Assembly (NCBI GenBank): GCA_965205405.1
Contig: OZ242169.1
Coordinates: forward strand, 2,480,091-2,544,090
DNA: 64,000 bases
Reading direction: 5' to 3'
Origin: Gammaproteobacteria bacterium
GTDB lineage: Bacteria; Pseudomonadota; Gammaproteobacteria; Eutrophobiales; Eutrophobiaceae
How positions within the stretch are numbered: position 1 is the first letter of the stretch; each line of letters opens with the position of its first letter. The notes under the pieces are model-generated. The model saw nothing but the letters and a program-made list of their open reading frames with translations. It searched no databases and was not told where the DNA came from. Positions 30,898-40,379 of this stretch are shown one piece after another. Position numbers and translations under genes: made by a program.

Positions 30898-31047
30898 GGT
30901 ATAAGGATAGCTTACAACCTGTATCCGTGTCAATCCAATGATTGTATCATGTAACTGACACGTAAAGCTCGCCGATACTGGGATCGCGGTACACCGGCAC
31001 TTATGAATACCTTGCAAATCAGGAATTAAAATCCTAAAATACAAGGT

Positions 31048-32217
31048 ATGCTAAAGCGTCAAATTACACAGAAACTTCAAACAACGATCGCGCAAGTGCC
31101 TGCGGTCGTATTGCTTGGCGCGCGTCAGGTCGGTAAGACGACGCTTGCAAAAACCATTGCTAAAAGCATCGATTCAATTTACCTCGATTTGGAAGCTCCC
31201 GAGGATCTGCTGAAACTCAGCGACCCCGCCAGTTTTTTAAGCGCTCATTCCGATAAACTGGTTATTCTGGACGAAATACAGCGAGCCCCGGAATTGTTCC
31301 CTGTGCTACGGGGTCTGATTGATAAAAACCGGGAGCAGGGTCTTAGAGCGGGTCAGTTCTTACTGCTTGGATCGGCTTCAATGGATTTAATGCGTCAGTC
31401 TTCGGAAAGCCTGGCTGGTCGGATTAGTTATATCGGGATGAGCGGCCTGAACCTTGCTGAGATAGATGGTAACCAACAGGATCGGCAGACCCTTTGGCTA
31501 CGGGGGGGTTTTCCCGACAGCTATCTGGCAACAGATGATGACTTGGCCATGGACTGGCTTGAAAATCTGGTTCGCACTTATCTTGAACGTGATGTCCCGC
31601 AAATGGGCTTCCGTGTTCCCGCAGCAAGGTTGCGCCGACTGTGGACGATGTTGGCTCATTTGCAGGGTGAAACCATTAACTATTCCAAGCTGGCTTCGAA
31701 TCTGGAAGTCGATGCGAAGACGGTCAGTCACTACATTGATATTCTGACGGACCTTTTGCTGGTCAGGCGCCTTGAGCCCTGGCATACCAACGTCAAAAAG
31801 CGATTAGTGAAATCACCCCGTTATTACGTTCGTGACAGCGGCATTCTGCACCGCTTGCTAGGTATCAACAGCTACGATGAGTTGCTGTCTAATCCGGTTT
31901 TGGGTAAGAGTTGGGAAGGCTTTGCGGTTGAAAATATTCTATCGGTCCTGCCGGGTCGCGCAGAAACCTACTTTTACCGAACAGCAGCCGGAGCAGAGGT
32001 TGATCTGGTTATCAGGATGACATCGTCGGAAATCTGGGCCATAGAGATCAAACATGGCGTTGCCCCCAAACTCGGCAAGCACTACAGCCAAACCTGCGAT
32101 GATGTTGGCGCAACGCATAAATACATCCTTTACGGTGGTGACGATGAGTTTCCTGTGGGTAATGATGTGAACATCATTTCTCTGTCAGGGCTTATGGAAA
32201 GACTTCATTCGGGCTGA
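31048..32217 (+). CDS. AAA+ ATPase of the COG1373 type (AAA_14 plus DUF4143-like), divergent paralog of the previous gene
   Basis: 389 aa with LLGARQVGKTTLAK and ILDEIQRAPELF. Same architecture as the divergent neighbour. Confidence 0.65.
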   Translation: MLKRQITQKLQTTIAQVPAVVLLGARQVGKTTLAKTIAKSIDSIYLDLEAPEDLLKLSDPASFLSAHSDKLVILDEIQRAPELFPVLRGLIDKNREQGLRAGQFLLLGSASMDLMRQSSESLAGRISYIGMSGLNLAEIDGNQQDRQTLWLRGGFPDSYLATDDDLAMDWLENLVRTYLERDVPQMGFRVPAARLRRLWTMLAHLQGETINYSKLASNLEVDAKTVSHYIDILTDLLLVRRLEPWHTNVKKRLVKSPRYYVRDSGILHRLLGINSYDELLSNPVLGKSWEGFAVENILSVLPGRAETYFYRTAAGAEVDLVIRMTSSEIWAIEIKHGVAPKLGKHYSQTCDDVGATHKYILYGGDDEFPVGNDVNIISLSGLMERLHSG

Positions 32218-32396
32218 TCTTTTATAATTTTTGAACATGGTATGTTTCATGGTTCGGCTACGCATAAACGCCCTGATATCACGCCTCTGGCCCCGTGCCA
32301 TGCGGACGGGTGGGTTTAGGGGTACACTACCAATGAGTGGTTCCCCCATGTTTAACCAAAGTTAAAAGTTAAAAGTAGAGGTTAATGAGGTAGCTG

Positions 32397-32642
32397 ATGA
32401 ACACAACTGAAATAATGTGCCCAGTGCCGGGCGTTTTTTACCGCAGCCCTAGTCCCGAAGAGGATCCTTTTGTTGCTCCCGGCCAGACAGTTTCTGCCAA
32501 GGATGTAATAGGGCTAGTAGAGGTGATGAAGCAGTTTTTCCCGGTAGCAGCCGGGTGCGACGGCGAACTGAAAGAATTTCTCGTTGAGAACGGGGAAGAG
32601 GTTATGGCCGGGCAAGTGCTGGCCACATGTGAAGCTGTGTAA
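32397..32642 (+). CDS. Stand-alone biotinyl (BCCP-type) domain protein
   Basis: 81 aa, colinear with the AccB C-terminal domain (PVPGVFYRSPSPEEDPFVAPGQTVSAKDVIGLVEVMKQF...). The biotin-Lys lies in the VMKQ motif. Confidence 0.75.
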   Translation: MNTTEIMCPVPGVFYRSPSPEEDPFVAPGQTVSAKDVIGLVEVMKQFFPVAAGCDGELKEFLVENGEEVMAGQVLATCEAV

Positions 32643-32722
32643 ATTCGTCCAAAAATATTTGACGAAAAAGCGAGTCTACTCATGAAGTTACGCGATCTAT
32701 TGACTCAGTTAGCCGGACACTA

Positions 32723-34133
32723 GTGATACCAGGTTGTAGTTCAATAATGATTAGAAAGCTATTAGTAGCCAACCGGGGAGAGATTGCCGTCAGGGTCGTC
32801 CGTGCTACTCGTGAAATGGGAATTTACTCGATACAGGTATACAGTGAGGCTGATAGCGATTCACTCGCCGTCAGGATGGCCGATGAAGCAGTCGCGATTG
32901 GACCAGCCAGGGCCTCTGAGTCTTACCTGAATATTGAGTCCATTTTACATGCGGCAAAGGCGACTGAAGCTGACGCCATTCATCCGGGTTATGGTTTCCT
33001 GTCGGAGAACCCTGACTTTGCCGATGCAGTTGAGTCAGCGGGTTTGCGCTTTGTCGGCCCTACCGCTAATACCATTCGATTGATGGGAGATAAGGTCTCG
33101 GCGCGTACCGTAGCAGTTGCAGCGGGAGTGCCAGTGGTGCCAGGTAGTTATGGGCGTATTGACGATATGGATGACGCTTGTCGGCTCGCCGATGACATTG
33201 GCTTTCCCGTGATGATCAAGGCCGCAGCGGGTGGAGGAGGTCGAGGAATTCGCATTGTTTCTGATCCCGATACATTTGCCAGTGAAGCCTCTCAAGCGAG
33301 AGCTGAAGCAAAAGCTGCTTTTGGTGACGGCGGACTTTATGTCGAGAAGGTCATAGAAAGCGCTCGACACATTGAAGTGCAGATATTGGGAGATGGTGAG
33401 AACGTAGTCCATTGTTATGAGCGGGAGTGCTCTTTACAACGTCGGCGGCAAAAGGTTTGGGAAGAGGCGCCTGCTACGGTATTGAGCGAAGCAATTCGTT
33501 CGGAATTGTGTGCGGCAGTTGTCCGTTTGGCGAAGGCTGTGAAGTATTCTGGTGCGGGAACAGTTGAATTTCTCTACAACGACGATACGGGCGAGTTCTA
33601 CTTTATCGAGATGAATACTCGGATTCAGGTAGAGCACCCTATAACTGAAGCGATTACGGGAGTTGATTTGGTGAGGGAGATGTTGTGGATTGCCTCAGGG
33701 CAAAAGCTGTCTCTTCGGCAGGATCAAATTCAGGTCAGGGGCCACGCGATCGAAGTCAGGTTGAACGCCGAGGATCCCGGCAACAATTTTTTCCCCGTCG
33801 CCTGGAACAGTAGTTGACTTGGAGGTTCCCACAGGACCTGGCGTGCGCTTCGACAGCATGCTATTTGAAGGCTATACCGTTTCTCCGCTGTATGACTCGC
33901 TAATTGGCAAGCTTATTGTTTGGGACCAGGATCGAGAATCGGCAATCAGCCGCCTAAAGAGAGCTTTGGGTGAGCTTCAAATCGGGGGGATATCTACGAC
34001 CAGGGCGCTTTTCCAGGCGCTTTCTGAGAGTGATGATCTGCTCAGGGGACGAATAAACACTCAGTGGCTGGAATCCTGGCTACTGGAAACTACTGATATT
34101 AAGGCTCCAACAAATAACGATATCCATGTATGA
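32723..34133 (+). CDS. Biotin carboxylase (AccC-like), interrupted by a +1 frameshift in a T6C4 tract near 33788-33800
   Basis: ORF 32723-33817 has the ATP-grasp biotin carboxylase pattern (MIRKLLVANRGEIAVRVVRA ... EMNTRIQVEHPITE). ORF 33819-34133 has the C-terminal domain (PSPGTVVDLEVPTGPGVRFDS ... in the alternative frame). Removing one base from TTTTTTCCCC gives the continuous NFFPSPG. Confidence 0.8.
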
Positions 34134-35002
34134 AAACGCGCTATGCCCACGGGGGCGATGAACACATATTTGTAGAACTTGATGAGGAGATGTCGTTAGA
34201 AGCTTTCTTCAAAGGTCTATCCATGGCAAATAAGGTCAGAGAGCTGAATATTGATGGCGTTACCGAAGTGTGTCCGGCGAACGCCTCTCTACAGGTTAAG
34301 TTTGATCCGGACGTGATCTCTCCTCACGAGATGCTGTCGAAGCTGAAGGAAATTGAGTATTCCGCTGAGCATTCGGACACTCTTGATACTCGCATTATCG
34401 AAATACCTGTGTATTACCAGGATCCCTGGACGCATGAATGCCTGATGAAGTTTCGTGATCGCCACCAGGATCCTAATTGTACGGACCTTGAGTATGCTGC
34501 GCGAATAAATGGTTACGCAACAGTCGAGGAGCTAATCGAAGCGCACTCCGGTTCCCCCTGGTTTGTTTCGATGGTAGGATTTGTCGCTGGTTTACCTTGG
34601 TTGTATCAAATGGTGGAGCGTTCGAAGCAGATCGAGGTGCCCAAGTATCTTCGCCCGCGCACCGACACGCCCAAGCAAACTATTGGCTATGGAGGATGCT
34701 TTAGCGCACTTTATTCAGTGAGGGGAGCCGGTGGATATCAGATGTTTGGTATTACGCCGATGCCAATCTATGATCCCAGGCAAGAAGTCAAGCACTTGCA
34801 GGACTTTATGATTCTTGCCAAGCCGGGTGACATCGTGAAGTTTAGATCTATTCAGCGTGAGGAGTATGACCGGATCCTGGCGCAAGTGGAAGCGCGCGAA
34901 TATGACCCCAGGATACGACCGGTAAAGTTCTCGCTTGACGAGTTCAATAAGGATATAGACGGCTGCAACAAGAAATTCCTGGAGGTTCTTAATGACGATT
35001 AA
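34130..35002 (+). CDS. KipI / PxpB-family protein (allophanate hydrolase subunit 1-like, 5-oxoprolinase subunit B family)
   Basis: 290 aa. Family pattern at the N-terminus (RYAHGGDEHIFVELDEEMSLEA ... NIDGVTEVCPANASLQVKFDP). Confidence 0.75.
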   Translation: MKTRYAHGGDEHIFVELDEEMSLEAFFKGLSMANKVRELNIDGVTEVCPANASLQVKFDPDVISPHEMLSKLKEIEYSAEHSDTLDTRIIEIPVYYQDPWTHECLMKFRDRHQDPNCTDLEYAARINGYATVEELIEAHSGSPWFVSMVGFVAGLPWLYQMVERSKQIEVPKYLRPRTDTPKQTIGYGGCFSALYSVRGAGGYQMFGITPMPIYDPRQEVKHLQDFMILAKPGDIVKFRSIQREEYDRILAQVEAREYDPRIRPVKFSLDEFNKDIDGCNKKFLEVLNDD

Positions 35003-35981
35003 TGTTAAAGCGCCTGGCTTGGCGACCACAGTCCAAGATCTGGGCCGGCCCGGACACTACCACATTGGAATACCGATATCTGGTGGAATGGACAGGTTTG
35101 CACTGCGCGTCGCCAACATGTTAGTGGGTAACGACGAGGGCGCAGCGGTGCTGGAATGTGCATTTTTAGGGCCTGAGCTGGAGTTCACAGCTGATGCGCT
35201 TGTTGCTGTAACTGGCGCAGAGTTGCCTCCAAAGATTGATGGTGAACCACAACAGACCTGGACGGCACTTGAAATGAAGGCTGGTCAGGTGCTCTCATTC
35301 GATTTCCTGAAAGGGGGCGCTAGAGCGTATATCGCAACATCTGGTGGCATTGATGTTCCTATGGTGCTGGGAAGTCGCTCAACATACCTTCTGGGATCAT
35401 TGGGTGGAGTAGAGGGGCGCACGCTGCAGGCGGGTGATACCCTCCCCGTAGGCCAGCCCCGGCAACAGGTTGAGCCTGGTCGCTCACTTCCATCGCATAT
35501 GAGACCGGAGCCGCCATCAGAGGTTGAACTCAGAATGTTGCCGGATCTCTACTGGCACCGGATTACCGAGGCCTCACAACAAGCCTTTTTGGATGATACC
35601 TGGAAGGTTGCTCCTGAAGCGGACAGGACAGGCTTCCGTTTCCGAGGGGGGCGGCAGCTGGAATTTGTGCCTCGAGAACAGCCATTTGGAGCGGGCTCCG
35701 ATCCCTCAAATATTGCCGATGCTTGTTATCCATACGGGTCAATTCAGGTTCCGGGCGGAACGGAGCCCATAGTATTGCACCGTGATGCTGTAACTGGCGG
35801 TGGTTATTTTATGCTTGGGACAGTGATATCGGCCGATATGGATATGATAGGCCAGTTACAACCAAACACTAAAGCTAGATTTGTCGCAGTTGATATGGAG
35901 ACTGCACTGGCCGCGCGGAGGGAGAGGCGGTTCGCACTCGATGCTGTTCGTGAGGAACTTACCGTTCAGGTCAACTTATGA
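34992..35981 (+). CDS. KipA / PxpC-family protein (allophanate hydrolase subunit 2-like, biotin-dependent carboxyltransferase-like family)
   Basis: 329 aa. Family pattern (VQDLGRPGHYHIGIPISGGMD). Overlaps the previous gene by 11 nt. Confidence 0.75.
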   Translation: MTINVKAPGLATTVQDLGRPGHYHIGIPISGGMDRFALRVANMLVGNDEGAAVLECAFLGPELEFTADALVAVTGAELPPKIDGEPQQTWTALEMKAGQVLSFDFLKGGARAYIATSGGIDVPMVLGSRSTYLLGSLGGVEGRTLQAGDTLPVGQPRQQVEPGRSLPSHMRPEPPSEVELRMLPDLYWHRITEASQQAFLDDTWKVAPEADRTGFRFRGGRQLEFVPREQPFGAGSDPSNIADACYPYGSIQVPGGTEPIVLHRDAVTGGGYFMLGTVISADMDMIGQLQPNTKARFVAVDMETALAARRERRFALDAVREELTVQVNL

Positions 35982-35991
35982 GGAGCACGCT

Positions 35992-36762
35992 ATGAAAAGT
36001 CGGGCGATGGATATCAACTGTGACATGGGCGAAAGTTATGGCAGCTGGGTGATGGGCAATGATGAGGCCCTTATGTCTCGTATCACCACGGCTAACGCCG
36101 CCTGTGGATTCCATGCAGGCGATCCTGTTACGATGCTAAAGACCGTCAGGTTGGCAAAACAGAACGGTGTTCAGATAGGAGCTCACCCGGGATTACCTGA
36201 TTTGCTGGGTTTTGGTCGTCGGCCAATGCCTCTGACGCCTGAAGAAGCCTATACCTATGTGTTGTACCAAACCGGAGCGCTGCAGGCCACCCTCAAAGCC
36301 AATGATATGACTTTGCACCATATCAAACCTCATGGCGCCTTCTACTCAATCCTGAAAACAGAACATGATTTGGCAGAGGCTGTGGCACAAGCAATATCGG
36401 AATTGTGTGAGGTTCCGATGCTCTACTGGCCTGCAGCACCCACCGACGCAGCCCTGCCTGCCGCAGCGAAAAAACGTGCTATCCGGGTAGTGGGTGAAAT
36501 CTATCCGGATCTTTCGTATGCGGCTGATGGAGCTCTGATTATTCAGCGTGAAATGCATGGGGCTGACCTTGATTTTGTTGCCGGCCAGGTCAGACGTTTC
36601 ATTGAGTCTTCGGTTGTAGAAGCGGTAGACGGCTCTCTCATTGAGCTTGAAGCTGACAGTATCTGTGTCCACGGTGATGGCGCCAATGCCGCGGAAGTGG
36701 CTGACACTATACGGTCTGTGCTCACCGAAAGCGGTTGCGAAATTGCACCGGTAATGGAATAA
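35992..36762 (+). CDS. LamB/YcsF-family protein (PxpA, 5-oxoprolinase subunit A family)
   Basis: Start at the ATG at 35992 (MKSRAMDINCDMGESYGSW ... ACGFHAGDP), the canonical LamB/YcsF N-terminus. The longer ORF in the track is an upstream read-through. Confidence 0.8.
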   Translation: MKSRAMDINCDMGESYGSWVMGNDEALMSRITTANAACGFHAGDPVTMLKTVRLAKQNGVQIGAHPGLPDLLGFGRRPMPLTPEEAYTYVLYQTGALQATLKANDMTLHHIKPHGAFYSILKTEHDLAEAVAQAISELCEVPMLYWPAAPTDAALPAAAKKRAIRVVGEIYPDLSYAADGALIIQREMHGADLDFVAGQVRRFIESSVVEAVDGSLIELEADSICVHGDGANAAEVADTIRSVLTESGCEIAPVME

Positions 36763-36797
36763 CGGCCGAGGTCATTGGGGCCGTAGCTTTTAGTTTT
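36763..36797. terminator. Weak candidate terminator between convergent pxpA-like and TonB-dependent receptor genes
   Basis: CGGCC-(11 nt)-GGCCG followed by TAGCTTTTAGTTTTA. Confidence 0.25.
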
Positions 36798-36883
36798 AGG
36801 GTCGGACCTGTATCATCCCGTATAACCCATTGATTATATTATGTATAAATACTAAAACAGGGCTAAATATGAGCTTAAAAAGG

Positions 36884-39799
36884 TCAATTTGGGGGTAAAA
36901 TAGCGAGCTTTAGCCGGATGTAATAAAACCTGCCCAGGTAGTCGTAGATTGACGAGGTGTTGAGCGCAACGTCAGGCACGTAGGGTGGGGACTTATCAGT
37001 GAGGTTATCCACACCAAATGTGATGTTTATGATATTGCCGCGGTAGCTTCCGTAGGTGTCGAAGTAGTTGACCGCGTCAACGGTCTTGTGAATATTATCG
37101 AATTCAATCGTATCGAACACGTCCATGGCATCCAGGTAGCGCCAGGAACCGCCGATGGTCCAGTTATTACGGCTGAACGCCAGGGACAGGTTGGAGCGCC
37201 ATTCCGGGTAGCCGGCCCAATCGGAGACGTTGCCTGCCACCATATCGGTGCGGTCGCTGACCGCGCCGGAGTCGCTTGTCTCGACGTACTCGTTGAGCCA
37301 GTTGACGTTGCCGCTGAAACTCACATCGCCAAAGTCAGTCGACAAAATGTAGCTGGTGCTGAGATCAATACCGGATGTTTCCAGACGGGCCAGGTTTTCA
37401 TTGAGGAGGTCGAAGCGGGTAATCGTGCCGGACGAACCGCGACTGATGCGGTCGCATTCCGGCGCTGCCAGGTTCGGTGTGGTATAGCAGGTCAGGATCA
37501 CATTAACCGGGTCGGGGGTATTGATAGCGTCGTCCACTTGCACGTCGTAATAGTCGATACTGAGTGATAAGTTGTCGATTTCATCCGGCGTCCAGACAAG
37601 CCCGGCGGAGAAGCTGTCGGATGTTTCCGGTTTGAGTTCGGAGTTGCCGCCTGCCGAAATTTTCAGCTGTGAGGCATTTTGCACGTAGTTTGCGGGGATA
37701 CCCTGGCTGGCGCAGTTTTCTCGTACCGTAGCATTATCCTGATAGAGGTCTGCAGCAGTATTACAGGGGTCCGCCACAGTCGGAAACGTATCCGAGGTGC
37801 CGCCAAAGGATTCCAGGATATTCGGCGCCCGGAAACCGGTGGCAATGACCCCGCGGAAATGCAGGTCGTTACCGGGCGCCCAGTGTAAGGCAAGCTTGTA
37901 GGTCGCTTCCGAACCGACGGTATTGTAGTCGGAATAGCGCACTGCGGCTTCCAGGGACAACTCCTGTGCGAAGCGCCGGTCAGCGATAAGCGGTGCATGA
38001 AATTCTGCGAAGAACTCCCACACCGAAAAATCACCTTCAGTCGGCTCGGCAAAATTACCGCCACTGTGCCCGGCCTGAACAGTAGCCGAATGTGTTACAT
38101 CGCCCGATTCACGACGCCACTCCAGACCGGCCGCAACGTCAATCGTACCGCCGGGTAAAGTCCATAACTCGCCTGTGACCGCCCCGGCCAGGTGCCACAT
38201 TTCATATCTTGTTGCTTCTTCATCGTCGAACAGGATGTAATCGATTTCCGCTTGAGACTTGTCGCCCCGGCCGAATATATCCAGCGTCGGATTGCCCCGG
38301 GCGTCTTTGGGGCAGGCAGTGTCCCGGTTGCAGGCAGCCGGGAGCAAAGCCGTCTGCAACTTCGCAACGTTGACCTGATTTTGGGTAACTTCATCCAGGG
38401 TTGAACGACCGTAGGTGAACCAGGCATCGTATTCCCATCCATCCACGAGAAACGGCAGGTCGCCGCGTAAACCCACGGTGGTTTTCATAGTCTCGCTGTT
38501 GTACCTTAAATGGCGGTTGCCAAGGTCCAGCGCGCGCCACCACATTTGGAATTGAGTCGCATCGGGGTCTACCGCGGCCCGGATTACAGGTATGGCGTCA
38601 GCCGGCACATGCGGGTTGGTAAAGGGGACCTGGAGCAGGTCAGTGAACCGCCCCAGCGCATCGGCAATGGGCAAAGGCGTATATTCCTGCGCGCCCTTGC
38701 GGTGTGTCCCCAGCAGTTCGTAATACAGGGTGGCGTTATCCAGGTTCAACTCGCCGATGATACTGCTGTTTACGACACGGGACGTATTCAGCAGGGAAAG
38801 TCCCTGTTCAATGTCGCTGTAATTAAAGCGGTGCCCGGTATCGAGTATGGACTGCAGACTGCCGTCTCCTGCCGAACCGTTCAGGCCGCTCAAACCAAAG
38901 GTATCGTAGAGCTGAAAACTGGCGCCGGTAGTCGGATCCGGCTTGAAGATAATGCCTGCGTCCGGCTGTCTGCCCTGCGGCGGTACGCCGCTGCCCATCA
39001 AAGTCAGAATAGTCCCGTCATCGTCCAGTTGTCCCAGGATTGGAATTTTTGACCAGCTGCGCTGCTGGAAATCCACCCTGCCGGTATCGACGATGGTGGC
39101 CGCCAGGGTCACGTGACCGCGTTCTCCGGCCAAACCGGCGATGATACCGGCATTATAGGAGTCGCCGCCCGGATTATCCGGCATACCGGCCCCGGCGCTA
39201 AGTTCTATACCCTCGAAGCGTCTGGTTTTGACGTTGATAACGCCGGCTACTGCGTCTGATCCGTAGATGGCGGAAGCCCCGTCTGCCAGCACTTCAATGC
39301 TGTCAATCATGGTGATGGGAAACGACTGCAAATCAACCCCCAGCCCGAGCGAATCACGGATGGTATGCACCATGCGCCGGCCGTTCAGCAACACCAGTGT
39401 CCGTTCGGGGGTCAGTTGATGAATGCCGGAAAAATGCGCTCCCCGCCCGGCGTCGGCCTTGTTCCGGGAACTCCCTTGCAGGCCGATTGAGGGAAGCTTC
39501 AGGAGCATATCCTGCACGCTGTAATTGGGGGTAAGTGTGATATCCGCGCCGTCGATTACCGACATTGGACCCACATGGTCGGCCGGTTCCCGGCCGATAC
39601 GAGAGCCGGTGACGATAATTTCCTCCAGTTCTTCAGTCTGTCCCTGGGCAGGAGACAGACCGGCTGACAGCGCGTAGATTGAGGCTGATACAAATGTTAA
39701 CAGGCATAATTTCCCCCATTGCCAGCTCAATGTCGCGAGATCAGGGGGACGGCATATATAGCTCACTAATCTAAACTCCGCAAACAGGTAAGTTATCAC
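36884..39799 (-). CDS. TonB-dependent receptor (large, about 950 aa; start codon uncertain, the ORF-track start is a GTG)
   Basis: Signal peptide (LCLLTFVSASIYALSAGLSPAQG) then plug (EELEEIIVTGSRIG...). Long barrel with a C-terminal ...YYIRLKLAI-like terminus. Confidence 0.8.
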   Translation of the reverse strand: MITYLFAEFRLVSYICRPPDLATLSWQWGKLCLLTFVSASIYALSAGLSPAQGQTEELEEIIVTGSRIGREPADHVGPMSVIDGADITLTPNYSVQDMLLKLPSIGLQGSSRNKADAGRGAHFSGIHQLTPERTLVLLNGRRMVHTIRDSLGLGVDLQSFPITMIDSIEVLADGASAIYGSDAVAGVINVKTRRFEGIELSAGAGMPDNPGGDSYNAGIIAGLAGERGHVTLAATIVDTGRVDFQQRSWSKIPILGQLDDDGTILTLMGSGVPPQGRQPDAGIIFKPDPTTGASFQLYDTFGLSGLNGSAGDGSLQSILDTGHRFNYSDIEQGLSLLNTSRVVNSSIIGELNLDNATLYYELLGTHRKGAQEYTPLPIADALGRFTDLLQVPFTNPHVPADAIPVIRAAVDPDATQFQMWWRALDLGNRHLRYNSETMKTTVGLRGDLPFLVDGWEYDAWFTYGRSTLDEVTQNQVNVAKLQTALLPAACNRDTACPKDARGNPTLDIFGRGDKSQAEIDYILFDDEEATRYEMWHLAGAVTGELWTLPGGTIDVAAGLEWRRESGDVTHSATVQAGHSGGNFAEPTEGDFSVWEFFAEFHAPLIADRRFAQELSLEAAVRYSDYNTVGSEATYKLALHWAPGNDLHFRGVIATGFRAPNILESFGGTSDTFPTVADPCNTAADLYQDNATVRENCASQGIPANYVQNASQLKISAGGNSELKPETSDSFSAGLVWTPDEIDNLSLSIDYYDVQVDDAINTPDPVNVILTCYTTPNLAAPECDRISRGSSGTITRFDLLNENLARLETSGIDLSTSYILSTDFGDVSFSGNVNWLNEYVETSDSGAVSDRTDMVAGNVSDWAGYPEWRSNLSLAFSRNNWTIGGSWRYLDAMDVFDTIEFDNIHKTVDAVNYFDTYGSYRGNIINITFGVDNLTDKSPPYVPDVALNTSSIYDYLGRFYYIRLKLAILPPN

Positions 39800-40379
39800 T
39801 TGTTCTTATTTGAACGTTAGAGTATATAATCTCAGTATAATCACCGATTCATCTCATTGCTATATCCGCGCTACGACTCACTATATGCTCAATATTATTC
39901 AGATAAACGCAGTCGAACAGCAAGTATGGGGCAGGCCGGATAAGTTGGCGAGGTCAGGCATGGGGCTGCCCGGTCAGGTTATGGCGCAGGAGGTACGGCA
40001 TGGGGAGACAGTTCTGCCCGCACCACCGCTCTGCCCATGGTGGCCGCAGGTATCCTGGGGGAGGTCATTGCGCGGCAATTCCGGGACAGCATAGTAACGT
40101 GTATCCTTACTCTTTTAGGTAGTATTACCAATATTATATTTTATCCCTACTACTCAAAAGAATACAAAACTACTAATCTAAGTGGTTTTACGGAGCTTCT
40201 TATCTCCTATCCTTTAATAGAGTCACCTGCAAGCGGCCAGTTGCAAACTCGGTTTCTGTGCCAGGGATGACCCTCGGGTCATTAAGACAGCCGCAAAACC
40301 CATTTTGTAGGAACGGCCGATGCAACTTAAGATTTGAATCAGCAAAAGCTCTTCATGAACTATAATATCAACGAGTAAT

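Noticed and set aside
29536-32396. Direct repeats flanking the AAA+ ATPase pair as evidence of an insertion (CATGGTAT / GGTTTAA present in both 29536-29715 and 32218-32396)
   Set aside because: Matches are only 7-9 bp and not positioned symmetrically. This is insufficient to call target-site duplications or att sites.
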